NCBI GenBank assembly: GCA_963725935.1
Contig: CAVSAM010000009.1
Coordinates: 55,321-119,320 of the forward strand
DNA: 64,000 bases
DNA from: an uncultured Acidimicrobiaceae bacterium
GTDB lineage: Bacteria; Actinomycetota; Acidimicrobiia; Acidimicrobiales; Palsa-688
Reading direction: 5' to 3'
Shown piece after piece: positions 55,492-64,000 of the stretch. Both the position numbers and the translations under genes were made by a program. The notes below the pieces were generated by a model. The model was not told the DNA's origin and did no database searches. It saw only the letters and a program-made list of their open reading frames with translations. Within the stretch, counting starts at the first letter, position 1; each line of letters starts with the position of its first letter.

Positions 55492-55986
55492 ATGAGCGCA
55501 ACTTGTGCGATAACGGACAAAACTAGCCGGTGGGGCGAGACTTCAATAGCCGTGCCCCGGGTTGCGGTTGGACCGAACACGGCAGGTTTCGCGGACCAGG
55601 CGCTGCCTAGCCCGGTCGATGGAGCGGACCTGGTCCGGTTCCTGAGGGATGCCTACGGCTCCCCTCAAACCGAAGAGGAATTGGCTGAACAGTTTGGTGG
55701 CGACCTGCTCAATTTCCTTCGTGATTTCAGTTCAACCGCGCCGAAGCCGATGGTCGCAGGGATGGCGAGCGGGGACTACAAGGCCCCGCGACGCGTGCTG
55801 TTATCTGAGGGCGCGGGCCGCCGCCGAGCGCCCGTCGCGCTTGCGTCGTTGGCAGCCGCGAGCTCACTGCGAGCACTTCGCCCGGCAACGGCCACACACA
55901 TTAGGGTCCCCCCCTACGTAACTGAGGGTTCCGGTCGCGGCTGGATCGTGGACAGCGGGCGCCAGGTCGCCGAAGCCGCCGGCTGA
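55492..55986 (+). CDS. Hypothetical protein (164 aa), weak PqqD/RRE-like N-terminal half
   Basis: It is divergent from the GT2 gene. The segment GPNTAGFADQAL..VDGADLVRFLRDAYGSPQTEEELAEQFGGDLLNFLRDF loosely follows the PqqD pattern. Codon usage in the first half is less GC3-rich than in the neighbouring genes, so coding status is not certain. Confidence 0.4.
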   Translation: MSATCAITDKTSRWGETSIAVPRVAVGPNTAGFADQALPSPVDGADLVRFLRDAYGSPQTEEELAEQFGGDLLNFLRDFSSTAPKPMVAGMASGDYKAPRRVLLSEGAGRRRAPVALASLAAASSLRALRPATATHIRVPPYVTEGSGRGWIVDSGRQVAEAAG

Positions 55987-56148
55987 ACGGTCTCAGGCCG
56001 GCCCGGGCCAGGCTCGCCGAAAGCCGAGCAGCGCTAACGCGACACCGCCTGCGGGACCGGACGGGCCGAGATTTCATCGCTCGCTTGGAGCGTGTTGTTC
56101 CGGGGTTGAAAGGGCTCGTATTAGTTTGCGAGCCACCAGCGAGGTTGG

Positions 56149-58350
56149 TCAGTCTCCTGCCACGCTGGCCGGCCGTCCCTTGCGCTTGTTGAGATAGGCC
56201 GCTCCACCCGCCAACGCAGCCGCGCCTGCCAGGGCTACTGCGGGGTACGGGAACTCTGGGAGCTGGCCCGCCGGGTTGTTGTCGGAACGGGGCCGGGTGA
56301 TCACGAACTGGTCCGCCTGCGTGTAGGTTGGCGCTGGCCCGCTCTGGGGATTGGTCGTACTCGTGACCTGTGAGGTCTGGTAATACGTCACGGTGATCTG
56401 TGTGTTGCCTCCCGGTTCGCCTGGGTCCACCGAGAAATAGGCGATCCCGTAAGAATTGTTGCCGTCGGACTTGGTGTTGGTTGGGCTGCTGATGTCCCCT
56501 GTGCCCTGTACCGCCGACCAGGCGCTCGGCTCGCTGGCGTCGGGTAGTGGCTTCGTCCCGGCCGTCGCTCCGCCGACGGCTTCACCGACACGGATCTGGG
56601 TGAAAGTGGTGACATTGCCGCGGCCGCTTACAAGAGCTCCGCTCGAGTTGTAGCCGCCATAGTCGTTGTCCGGATGGTTGGTGCCACCTCCGCCGAGCAC
56701 TAGGTAGATGGTGCCCTTGGTGGTGTCGAAGGCCGTTCCGTCGGGTGTCGAAATCGTGGGCGAGGTCTCTGCTACTACGGGAGTAAACGTGTTGACCCCC
56801 GTTCCGGCCGTCGGGCCGCTGTAGGTTGTGATGCCGCTCGTCCCGAAGATAGACGAGCTCGGCCAGCTCTTGTTCCACGCCGAGGCGCTGGTCCCGGCGC
56901 CGAACACCGAGTAGCCGAGGCTCGGGTTAAACCCGCGTACCGGGTAGGACCTTTCGTAGTCGTGGTCGTGGCCGTTCACCACGAGATCGACCTCGTACTG
57001 GTCGAACAGCGGCACCCAGACCTGGCGGATCGCGGCGTCGCTGCCGTTGTCGTTGGACGACGACAGAGCGCACTGATGCATCATGACGATGATCCAGTCG
57101 ATGGTCATGGGATCGATCGACGCGATAGGAGTGATGGGGCTCGACGGGCTGGCTGGCACCAGGCTCGGCCGGGCCGCCGCCAGGACGTTCTGGAGCCAAA
57201 TCGTCTGCGCGTTGTTCCCCGGGGGGAGCGTCCCGTTGCTGGTGGGGACCCCGAAACTGCCGCTGTACTGCTGGTTGTACTCGTGCGCGCTGGCGCTTAT
57301 CGTGTTGCCAACGCCGTCTTTCGACGCGGCGAGGACCACGTTGTAGGCGCCGGAACCCTGGTAGCAGACGTCGTTGGCGTCGAGAGAGATAAAGAGGACC
57401 GAGCCGACCTGGAAGTAGTAGAAGTTGTTGACGAAACCTGTGGCCCCATTGGTGGGGAACAGGTAACGGGAGTTGTACGAGGCGTAGCCCTGTGGGTCGG
57501 CTTGGTCCAGTTCGACCTCGTGGTTGCCGATGCATGCCATCCACGGCCGGTTGGCTGCCGAGTACTGGACGTTGAGAGCGAAGTCCCTCCACACTTCCGG
57601 CGCAGGGGAGTACGTGTAGCCGGACGGCGCCGCTCCGCCCGAAGGGACGGGTACTGCCCACTTGTCCGCATAGGCCAGGTCGCCGTTCAGCAGGTGGAAC
57701 AGTGGCGGGAGGGCCATGGTGTTCGCCAGCGTCTCCACCTGTTGCACCGCCCAGTAGGCGTTAAATTCGGACTCGCCGTAGGTGTTCGCATACGCAGTCT
57801 CGCCTGCCCACGTATACGTAGCACCAGCGCCCGGCTCGGCCAGGTCGCCGAAGGAGGTGAACGCAAAGGCGAACCGCCCGCTAGGGGAGGTGGTGAACGA
57901 GCTTTGGAAGGTCGCCGAACTGTTCGGGTCGGCGATCGTGTACGTATACTTCGTGCCCTGGGAGAGCCCGGTCAACGGCACGTGGAACAGATAGGCCTCT
58001 TCTCCGCTCGGACCGTCAGTGTAGGTCTTGACAGTGGCGGTGAAACTTGTCTGACCACTGACCGCCGGCGACAGGGTGAGGGCCATCGTCTGGCCGCTCG
58101 ACAGGGACGACGGTGTCGCCCACGACACCGTCATTTCGGTAGTCGGGTCGGTGCCGTACTGGAGGTGTACCTGCTCGGGCACGGTGCCGGTTCCTAGGGT
58201 GCTCGGTCCTCCGCTCGTAGGGCTCGCTGCGAACGCGTAACCGTCTAACCAGAAGAGCTTGCCCCCAACAACGACGGCACCTGCACCAGCGGCGATGCGC
58301 AGAAAGTCGCGCCGGTTCACTACATGCGGTTCGAACGTCCCTTCGGCCAT
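56149..58350 (-). CDS. Tat-exported purple-acid-phosphatase-like metallophosphoesterase with a C-terminal membrane anchor
   Basis: The Tat signal is NRRDFLRIAAGAGAVVVGG. The N-terminal FN3-like PAP domain reads PEQVHLQYG.DPTTEMTVSW. The metallophosphoesterase motifs are FTSFGDL, LLNGDLAYAD, CIGNHE and VNGHDHDYER. The C-terminus reads LPEFPYPAVALAGAAALAGGAAYLNKRKGR. Confidence 0.85.
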   Translation of the reverse strand: MAEGTFEPHVVNRRDFLRIAAGAGAVVVGGKLFWLDGYAFAASPTSGGPSTLGTGTVPEQVHLQYGTDPTTEMTVSWATPSSLSSGQTMALTLSPAVSGQTSFTATVKTYTDGPSGEEAYLFHVPLTGLSQGTKYTYTIADPNSSATFQSSFTTSPSGRFAFAFTSFGDLAEPGAGATYTWAGETAYANTYGESEFNAYWAVQQVETLANTMALPPLFHLLNGDLAYADKWAVPVPSGGAAPSGYTYSPAPEVWRDFALNVQYSAANRPWMACIGNHEVELDQADPQGYASYNSRYLFPTNGATGFVNNFYYFQVGSVLFISLDANDVCYQGSGAYNVVLAASKDGVGNTISASAHEYNQQYSGSFGVPTSNGTLPPGNNAQTIWLQNVLAAARPSLVPASPSSPITPIASIDPMTIDWIIVMMHQCALSSSNDNGSDAAIRQVWVPLFDQYEVDLVVNGHDHDYERSYPVRGFNPSLGYSVFGAGTSASAWNKSWPSSSIFGTSGITTYSGPTAGTGVNTFTPVVAETSPTISTPDGTAFDTTKGTIYLVLGGGGTNHPDNDYGGYNSSGALVSGRGNVTTFTQIRVGEAVGGATAGTKPLPDASEPSAWSAVQGTGDISSPTNTKSDGNNSYGIAYFSVDPGEPGGNTQITVTYYQTSQVTSTTNPQSGPAPTYTQADQFVITRPRSDNNPAGQLPEFPYPAVALAGAAALAGGAAYLNKRKGRPASVAGD

Positions 58351-58440
58351 TCATGAACTATCGCTAAGTGAGGTGAACGCAGGATTACCGCTTCGTGTCG
58401 GAGTGGTGCACGAGAGGCGAAGAGTCGGGCGCGTGCGTCG

Positions 58441-59577
58441 TCACGGCCCTCCAAGCGGGTCGGTTGAGGTGACGACGTTGCGGGCACCCACTGCCACGCA
58501 GAGAATGGCCGATTGGCAAGAAGCGCCACCGCGCAAGTGGTTGGCTCCCTCCCCGCCAGTAAAGGTGGTCGTCCAGGCCGAGGCACCTCCGGTCGGCTTA
58601 GTCGCTCTGACGACATTGGTGGCGACGTCTTCTGCCAGGCAGTAGCTCTCGCTCAGGCACGCCAGCGCAACCAGTGGCAGAGATTGGTCCACACCATGAA
58701 CGCCCTTCCATGCGCGGGCGCCGCCAGTCGGGTCGGTGGAGCTGAAAAGTATGTTCCCTGCGCTGCCGGAGGCAGCTGCCAGGCAGAGCTTTTCGGTAGG
58801 GCAAGCGACAGCGCTAAAGCTGTCGTCGTCGGCAGGAGGGTCGATGAGGTGCCGCGCCCAAGCGGATGCGCCACCGCTTGGGTGCGTTGAGACGAAAACG
58901 GCCCCGTTCCCGTCGGCAGCTACGCAGAGAGCTGCGTTCGGGCAAGATATCGCGTCGATCGTGTTCGCACCATCGATATTGACCACTTTCCATTTGGAAA
59001 CTCGACCTGAGGGGTCGCTCGAAGTAACAACGTCGCCGTTCAGATCTCCTGCTGCGCAGAAAGCCGCAGTCGGGCAGGACACACCGTAAATGTACTGGTT
59101 CCCGTCCACGTCGACCCGTTCCCACTTCGAAGCGCCGCCAGTGGGTTTTGTCGAGATAATGACAGAGCCATCGTCGTCCACCGCAACGCACAACTTTATG
59201 CTCGGGCACGCGACACCGTTGATGGCGTTGGACCCGTCGATGTCCACCGCCTTCCACGCCGGGGCACCGCCGGTCGGGTTCGTGGAGATGACAGCGTGCC
59301 CGTCGTTGTCTACGGCCACGCACAGGTGCGCACTGGGGCAGGAAACTGCCATAAGCCCGTTCGGGCTGGAAATCGTTGCGAGTTCCCACTTGGCCGGCTT
59401 ACCCGGAACGGTCGTCGTTGTCGTCGTCGGCGGCAGCGTTGTCGCTGTTGTCGGGGGTGGCGGTGGGGTTGACGGGGCGCTGGTGTTGTTGGCGGGACCG
59501 GAGGAACAGCCGGCCCCAACCAAACTCAGAACGAGAAATGAAGCCACCTTGACACGGCGCGCCCATTGACCGTTCAT
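58441..59577 (-). CDS. Lipoprotein with seven ~46-aa Cys-pair repeats (propeller-like), function unknown
   Basis: The start is MNGQWARRVKVASFLVLSLVGAGC, which contains a lipobox. A Pro/Thr linker follows. The mature part has 7 repeats of the form ..GVSCPS..LCVAVD..G.V..ST.PTGGA..W..V.+DG.... Confidence 0.75.
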   Translation of the reverse strand: MNGQWARRVKVASFLVLSLVGAGCSSGPANNTSAPSTPPPPPTTATTLPPTTTTTTVPGKPAKWELATISSPNGLMAVSCPSAHLCVAVDNDGHAVISTNPTGGAPAWKAVDIDGSNAINGVACPSIKLCVAVDDDGSVIISTKPTGGASKWERVDVDGNQYIYGVSCPTAAFCAAGDLNGDVVTSSDPSGRVSKWKVVNIDGANTIDAISCPNAALCVAADGNGAVFVSTHPSGGASAWARHLIDPPADDDSFSAVACPTEKLCLAAASGSAGNILFSSTDPTGGARAWKGVHGVDQSLPLVALACLSESYCLAEDVATNVVRATKPTGGASAWTTTFTGGEGANHLRGGASCQSAILCVAVGARNVVTSTDPLGGP

Positions 59578-59603
59578 ATGAACTGGAGATTTAAGGTACC
59601 AGT

Positions 59604-61195
59604 TCAGGCCATGGTGACGAGGTCGAGCAGTTCGTCGCTCCAGCTGTCCTCTGTGCCGTCGGGCATAAGCAGGACACGATCGGGCGCGAGCTCGCTCACA
59701 AATCCCGCGTCGTGGCTCACAAGTACCATGGCGCCGGGCCATTCGGACAGAGCGCGGCCGATACCTTCTCGAGAAGGGGGGTCAAGGTTGTTGGTCGGCT
59801 CGTCCAGCAACAGGCAGTTGTGGCGGCCGGCAACGAGCTGGGCCAAGGCCAGTTTCGTTTTTTCCCCCCCGAAAGTGTGGACGCATCTTGGAACGCCTTG
59901 TCGCCGATGAGGCCGAACATACCGAGCAAGCCACGCAGCTCGGTTTCGGGGGCGTCCGACTGCTCGCGCACGTGGTCGATGACGGACCGGCCGGCGACGA
60001 TGCCTTCATGTTCTTGCGCGTAGTAGCCGATCGAGACCCCTATGCCGCTGCGCCAACTGCCGTCGGTCGGTTCGGCGAGGCCGGCCAGGATGCGGAGCAG
60101 GCTGGTTTTGCCGGCGCCGTTCAACCCCATGACGAGGAGGCGCTGGCCACGCTCGACGGCGAAGGTCACCTCCTCGAACACCGGTGGCCCGCCGTAAGCC
60201 TTGGCAAGGCCTTCCGCTTCAATGACCACTCGGCCGGTATGTGGAGGGGCAGGAAAGGTGACCTTGTACCGCCGTTCGCGCCGGCGCGGCGCAGGGGTGG
60301 CGACCGCCTCTAGCCGGGCGACCCGCTTGTCCAGAGACTTGGCGACGCGGGCACGCTTGGCGGTCTGGTGGCGCATCGAGTCGGCAAGGTCCGAGAGGCG
60401 TTTGATCTCGGCGGACTGGTGCTCGGCCACCTTTGCCTGGCGCACCTCGTCCTTAGCGCGGGCATCGCGGTACTGGGTGTAGGTGCCTTTGTACTCGACG
60501 AGCACGCCCTCGTCGAGGTGCATGACCCGCGTGATCGACTCGTCCAGGAGCTCGATGTCGTGGCTGACCACGAGAAGGGCGCCCCGGTAGGAGCGCAGGA
60601 AACCTACGAGCCAGCCCTTGGCGTCGCTATCGAGGTGGTTTGTCGGTTCGTCGAGGAGCAGTACGTCGCTGCCGGCGAAGAGGATACGGGCGAGCTCGAG
60701 CCGGCGACGTTCCCCACCCGACAGGACGCCGACGGGGAGGTCGAGGCGGTCGTCGGCCAACCCGAGCCCTGCCACGAGCTGGCGCACCGCCGCCTCCGCC
60801 GCGTAACCTCCGGCCACCGCGAACCGCTCCTCTGCCCGGGAGTAGCGGTGTATCGCCCGGTCCGAAGGGTCCTCCTCCATCGCCAGGCGGAGTTTCTCCA
60901 GCCGCTCGGCGGCCTGGTCGAGCTGGCGGCCGGACAGGACATGGGCAAGCCCGGTGGCCTCGACCTCGGTCGCCAATCGCCGCGGGTCCTGGGTGAGAAA
61001 GCCCAGCTCACCGTGCGCCCGGACGGTGCCGCCGGCGGCAGGGAGCTCTCCGCTCAAGACCTTGAGGAGGCTGGTCTTGCCAGCACCGTTGCGGCCGACA
61101 AGCCCTACCTTGTCGCCGGCGCGCACAGTGAAGGACGCCTCGGACAACGTGAGGCGCCCGCCCACTTCCACGCTCAGGTTGCGGGCCTCGAGCAC
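59604..61195 (-). CDS. ABC-F family ATPase (two ABC cassettes, no TM domain), one apparent frame change
   Basis: Cassette 1 has GRNGAGKTSLLK, LSGGERRRLELARIL and LLLDEPTNHLD. A linker follows. Cassette 2 has GLNGAGKTSLLR and LSGG|EKTKLALAQLVAGRHNCLLLDEPTNNLD. The break falls exactly in the T6C7 homopolymer pair at 59858-59870. Confidence 0.9.
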
Positions 61196-61225
61196 AACTC
61201 CATGATGGCTGGTCGGCGGGCGTTC

Positions 61226-61681
61226 TTAGCGATCTTGATCGCGCGGCCGCGTCCGAGAGGCTAGCCAGGTGCCGTCCGCCTTGGCCCGCCCGACCGCTGC
61301 CAGCCCCGTTGCGCTCATCCGTCCCTGTGTCATGAGCCGCTCGGCGAGCACCACGTTGTTCGCCGACCAGGCACTCCTGTAGCGCCTCGGCGTGAAGCGC
61401 TGCCGATATGTGAGCTCGTCCCGCCGCCCGACCTGGCCGTCAACCCAGCCGTAGCAGACGGCTTCCTCGAGGGCCTGGTCGTAGGTGAGGTTCGTGGGCC
61501 CGGGCGTTGCTTCCTCCCTGCGCGTGCGGCCGCACCGTCCCGCACCGGCGTGTGCGGGCACCGGCAGTGACTGTGGCGTAATCTGGCGTCCGTGCCGTCG
61601 TCTACGTTCAGCGAGCTCGAGCCGGTAGTGGCCAAGCTCCTCGACCGGCATTTGGCCGCAGCCCGCGAGTGGTTCCCGCAC
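61226..61681 (-). CDS. YdeI/OmpD-associated family protein (C-terminal part convincing, N-terminus doubtful)
   Basis: The family core reads LTYDQALEEAVCYGWVDGQ....DELTYRQRFTPRRYRSAWSANNVVLAERLMTQGRMSATGLAAVGRAKADGTW. The upstream ~60 codons are Arg-rich and overlap the divergent desaturase start, so the real start is probably internal. Confidence 0.6.
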   Translation of the reverse strand: MREPLAGCGQMPVEELGHYRLELAERRRRHGRQITPQSLPVPAHAGAGRCGRTRREEATPGPTNLTYDQALEEAVCYGWVDGQVGRRDELTYRQRFTPRRYRSAWSANNVVLAERLMTQGRMSATGLAAVGRAKADGTWLASRTRPRDQDR

Positions 61682-62530
61682 GAGCTCGTGCCGTGGGACC
61701 GAGCGTCTGAGATCGTCCCGGGCGTGCCATGGGACCCGTCACTGGGGGCACGCCTGTCTCCGGGCGCCCGTAGCGCCATCTTCGTCAACCTGCTCACCGA
61801 GGACAACCTTCCGTACTACACGACTGCGCTCTCGTCGGCTTTCGGGGAGCACGGCGCATGGGGTGAATGGATGTGGCGCTGGACAGCAGAGGAGGGCCGC
61901 CACTCCATCGTCCTGCGGGACTGGGTCACCGTCTCGCAGCTCATTGACCCTGTGGTGATGGAGCGAGGCCGCATGCAACAGGTGTCGAGCGGCGTGGCGC
62001 CGGACCCTTGGTCCTCGGCGCTGGGCCCCTCAGCTCCGGCCGCGACCCTGGTGTACGTGTCGCTCCAGGAGCTGGCAACACGCGTGGCACACTTCAACAC
62101 TGCCAAGTCGCTGGACGACACGGCGGGTTATGAGATCATGAAGCGAGTCGCAGCCGACGAGAACCTCCATTTCCTGTTTTATCGCGACCTGTCCACAGCC
62201 GCCATGGAAGTGTCACCTTCCGAAATGGTTATTGCGGTGGAGCGCGTGGTCAAAACGTTCAACATGCCGGGGACCGGGATCTCCGGGTACCGCGAGCACA
62301 CCGTTGCGATTGCCGATGAAGGCATTTACAGCCTTCTTATTTTCCACGACCAAGTGCTTGTCCCGACGTTGCGCACCTGGCGTGTGGAACAGCTGACGGG
62401 GTTGACCTCGGAGGCGTCCGAGGCTCGGGACCGCCTACTGGCTCACGTGCAGCGAGTGAACCGGATAGCTAATCGCCTCGAAGAGCAGCGCTTGGAGAAG
62501 CTTTCAGAAGCGCCAACGTCTTCCAACTAG
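61592..62530 (+). CDS. Acyl-ACP (stearoyl-ACP-type, DesA-like) soluble di-iron desaturase
   Basis: 312 aa containing NLLTEDNLPYYT, WTAEEGRHS, SLQELATRV and AADENLHFLFYRD (di-iron E/H ligand motifs). Confidence 0.9.
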   Translation: MPSSTFSELEPVVAKLLDRHLAAAREWFPHELVPWDRASEIVPGVPWDPSLGARLSPGARSAIFVNLLTEDNLPYYTTALSSAFGEHGAWGEWMWRWTAEEGRHSIVLRDWVTVSQLIDPVVMERGRMQQVSSGVAPDPWSSALGPSAPAATLVYVSLQELATRVAHFNTAKSLDDTAGYEIMKRVAADENLHFLFYRDLSTAAMEVSPSEMVIAVERVVKTFNMPGTGISGYREHTVAIADEGIYSLLIFHDQVLVPTLRTWRVEQLTGLTSEASEARDRLLAHVQRVNRIANRLEEQRLEKLSEAPTSSN

Positions 62531-64000
62531 GAACATACCGGCCAGGCTGAGCAAGCCGAACCCCCACAGCTCTGGGTACCACTGGAAGCCGGTATAACGG
62601 AAAACGATGTCGTGCCTGCCAGGTGCGAGGTTCACGCCAACGAGGGCCGGGGCCAACATTTCGGTCTGCGTGGGCCGGCCGTCCACCCAGGCGTGCCAGC
62701 CCGGGTCGTAGGCGACAGAGAACACGACTGTGCCGGGTTTGTCCATCGTCACCTCGGTGCTGTAAGAGCCTTCCGGCGGGCTGGCCTGGACGCTGTCGAC
62801 CGTCCCCGGCGAGGGGACGCCCATTGCAGCCCGTAACGCCGACATCGCCGGCGCCGGTGGCGGGCTCGACCCGGGCCATTTCACGGCCCAGTCCTGGTCG
62901 TCCTGCAGTTCCTGCAGGAACATCAGGGACTCCGAGCCGATGTCTGCGCGGTTGGCAGAAAGGGTTCCGGTGACCTGTACCAGGTCGATATAGGTGTTCG
63001 AGGCAATTACCCACAGCGAGTAGTTGCCGTCAACAAGGGCCCTTCCGCGGGGACGGGGGCAGCCATTCCTGTTGGCAAAAGCATATAGCGGACGCCGAAA
63101 AGGGAATAATCCGCGGGATTGTCCTGGTCGAACTCAATTTCGGGGTCCAGCATCAACGACAGGCTCGGCACCGTGTACACCATTTCGTCGATGTCCTGGG
63201 TCTCGATGTACTTGTAGACCGGTATGTACCCGACGGTGAACCCTTGGCCCCAGTTGATGGACTGGCCGGCGTAGGTCCGGCCGCCTCCATGGTCCTTTAT
63301 GTAGCTGAGCAAAGGGGCTATTTCGGCGCCTTGGGCCGAGTCTTCACCCCGCTGGTAGGAAATGGCAGCCGCATTGCGTTGGTCGTACTGGGAGACGGCC
63401 CTCGCAGCCGGCCAGAAGCACGCGGCCGAGCCGGCGGCGACGGCCGAGAGCGCCGCAAAGCGCGCTCGGCGGGACCTCGCTAGCGTGGTAACTGTCGAGT
63501 TGCATGCGTGCCAGACCGCCACTATCGCCATACCGCCCAGGTAGAGCCCTGCGAGTTGGCTCCCCATTGTGAAGCGGCGGAAGTACAGGTCTGCATGTCC
63601 CGGGACCAGGTCTGCAAGTGGGCCCCAGGTGGTTGGTCCGAAGCTGAGCAATAGGCTCGCCACGAATAGTGCGAGCAGAGCGCGGCATGAGTGGTTCCCG
63701 TCGCCACCTCACGATTGCCAGTGCCGCCCCTAGAAGCACCGCGACGGTTATCGCCGGGATGGCATGGCGCGCGTCGAAGATCCGTCCGGTGAACAACCAA
63801 ATGACCTCTTGGCGCGCACCATAGCCCCTCACGTACCCAGTGGTCGCTAGTTCCTCGTTGATCGCTGACCACTTGGTGAACAGCATGAGGGGCACGATCA
63901 CCCAGGCCGCGGCCGCCAACGATGCGACGAAGAGGACAGCAGCCCGCCCAAGCCTGCGCAGGACCGGTCCCTCTGCCACCAAGGCGATAACGATGACCCC
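62504..64000 (-). CDS. YfhO-like GT-C polytopic membrane protein, 5'-partial at the window edge, two apparent frame changes
   Basis: The C-terminus AYDPGWHAWVDGRPTQTEMLAPALVGVNLAPGRHDIVFRYTGFQWYPELWGFGLLSLAGMFLV is typical of the YfhO family. ORFs 63344-63982, 63007-63663 and 62504-62923 join at ~63670-63715 and ~63037-63043 (a GGGCCC run). The reading frame is still open at 64000. Confidence 0.7.

Noticed and set aside
1-64000. Mobile genetic elements, prophage or defence islands (transposases, integrases, restriction-modification, Cas, abortive-infection ATPases or nucleases).
   Set aside because: None of the ORFs of 60 aa or more shows recognisable transposase, recombinase, nuclease or helicase motifs. 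The only repeat families found (R1 and R2) are short and non-coding-sized.

Overview
This is a high-GC chromosomal segment. It looks actinobacterial, which I infer from gene content only: LLM/F420-type oxidoreductases, a DesA-type acyl-ACP desaturase, a NiCoT transporter, TetR/MFS pairs, Thr/Pro-rich linkers, and Tat and lipoprotein signals. I can support about 50 protein-coding genes. I found no rRNA, tRNA, CRISPR array, transposase, integrase or phage gene.

Gene content from left to right:
- Two class-III aminotransferases, a tryptophanase-family lyase, and a TetR regulator with a GT1 glycosyltransferase.
- A ~1,760-aa RHS/YD-repeat protein.
- An FtsX-type permease with no ATPase gene next to it.
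- A 1,029-aa beta-helix/propeller surface protein.
- A hemerythrin, an orphan cytochrome-b fusion, a YceH-like protein and a Gly-rich Tat-exported protein.
- USP, an SPFH protein with a small RHH protein, and LLM oxidoreductases.
- An HD-GYP protein with a very long Thr-rich tail.
- MerR and MFS, a cNMP-binding thioredoxin-reductase-like protein, Lon and NiCoT.
- A peptide ABC system and a TetR/DHA2-MFS operon.
- A run of exported proteins around a PrmC-related methyltransferase and a GT2.
- An ABC-F ATPase, an acyl-ACP desaturase and a partial YfhO-like GT-C membrane protein.

No compact, clearly novel multi-gene system (defence, RiPP or similar) can be demonstrated from the sequence alone. 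The leads I rank highest are:
- The RHS protein, which carries an internal two-helix membrane hairpin and an unassignable low-GC C-terminal module with no immunity gene.
- Two families of interspersed intergenic repeats. One family sits only in convergent gene gaps, and two of its copies bracket the giant surface-protein gene.
- A 19-nt x 9 tandem hairpin array, plus other CTAG-containing short tandem arrays at gene 3' ends.
- The orphan bis-heme cytochrome b fusion.
- The HD-GYP protein with a mucin-like tail.
- A possible extracytoplasmic glycosylation/envelope module: GT2, a YfhO-like GT-C and Thr-rich exported substrates.

Major caveat: at least 12 genes, including lon and an ABC-F gene, are interrupted by single frame changes. 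Several of these fall in G/C or homopolymer runs, so the assembly probably contains indel errors. Gene spans given for those loci are frame-corrected reconstructions.
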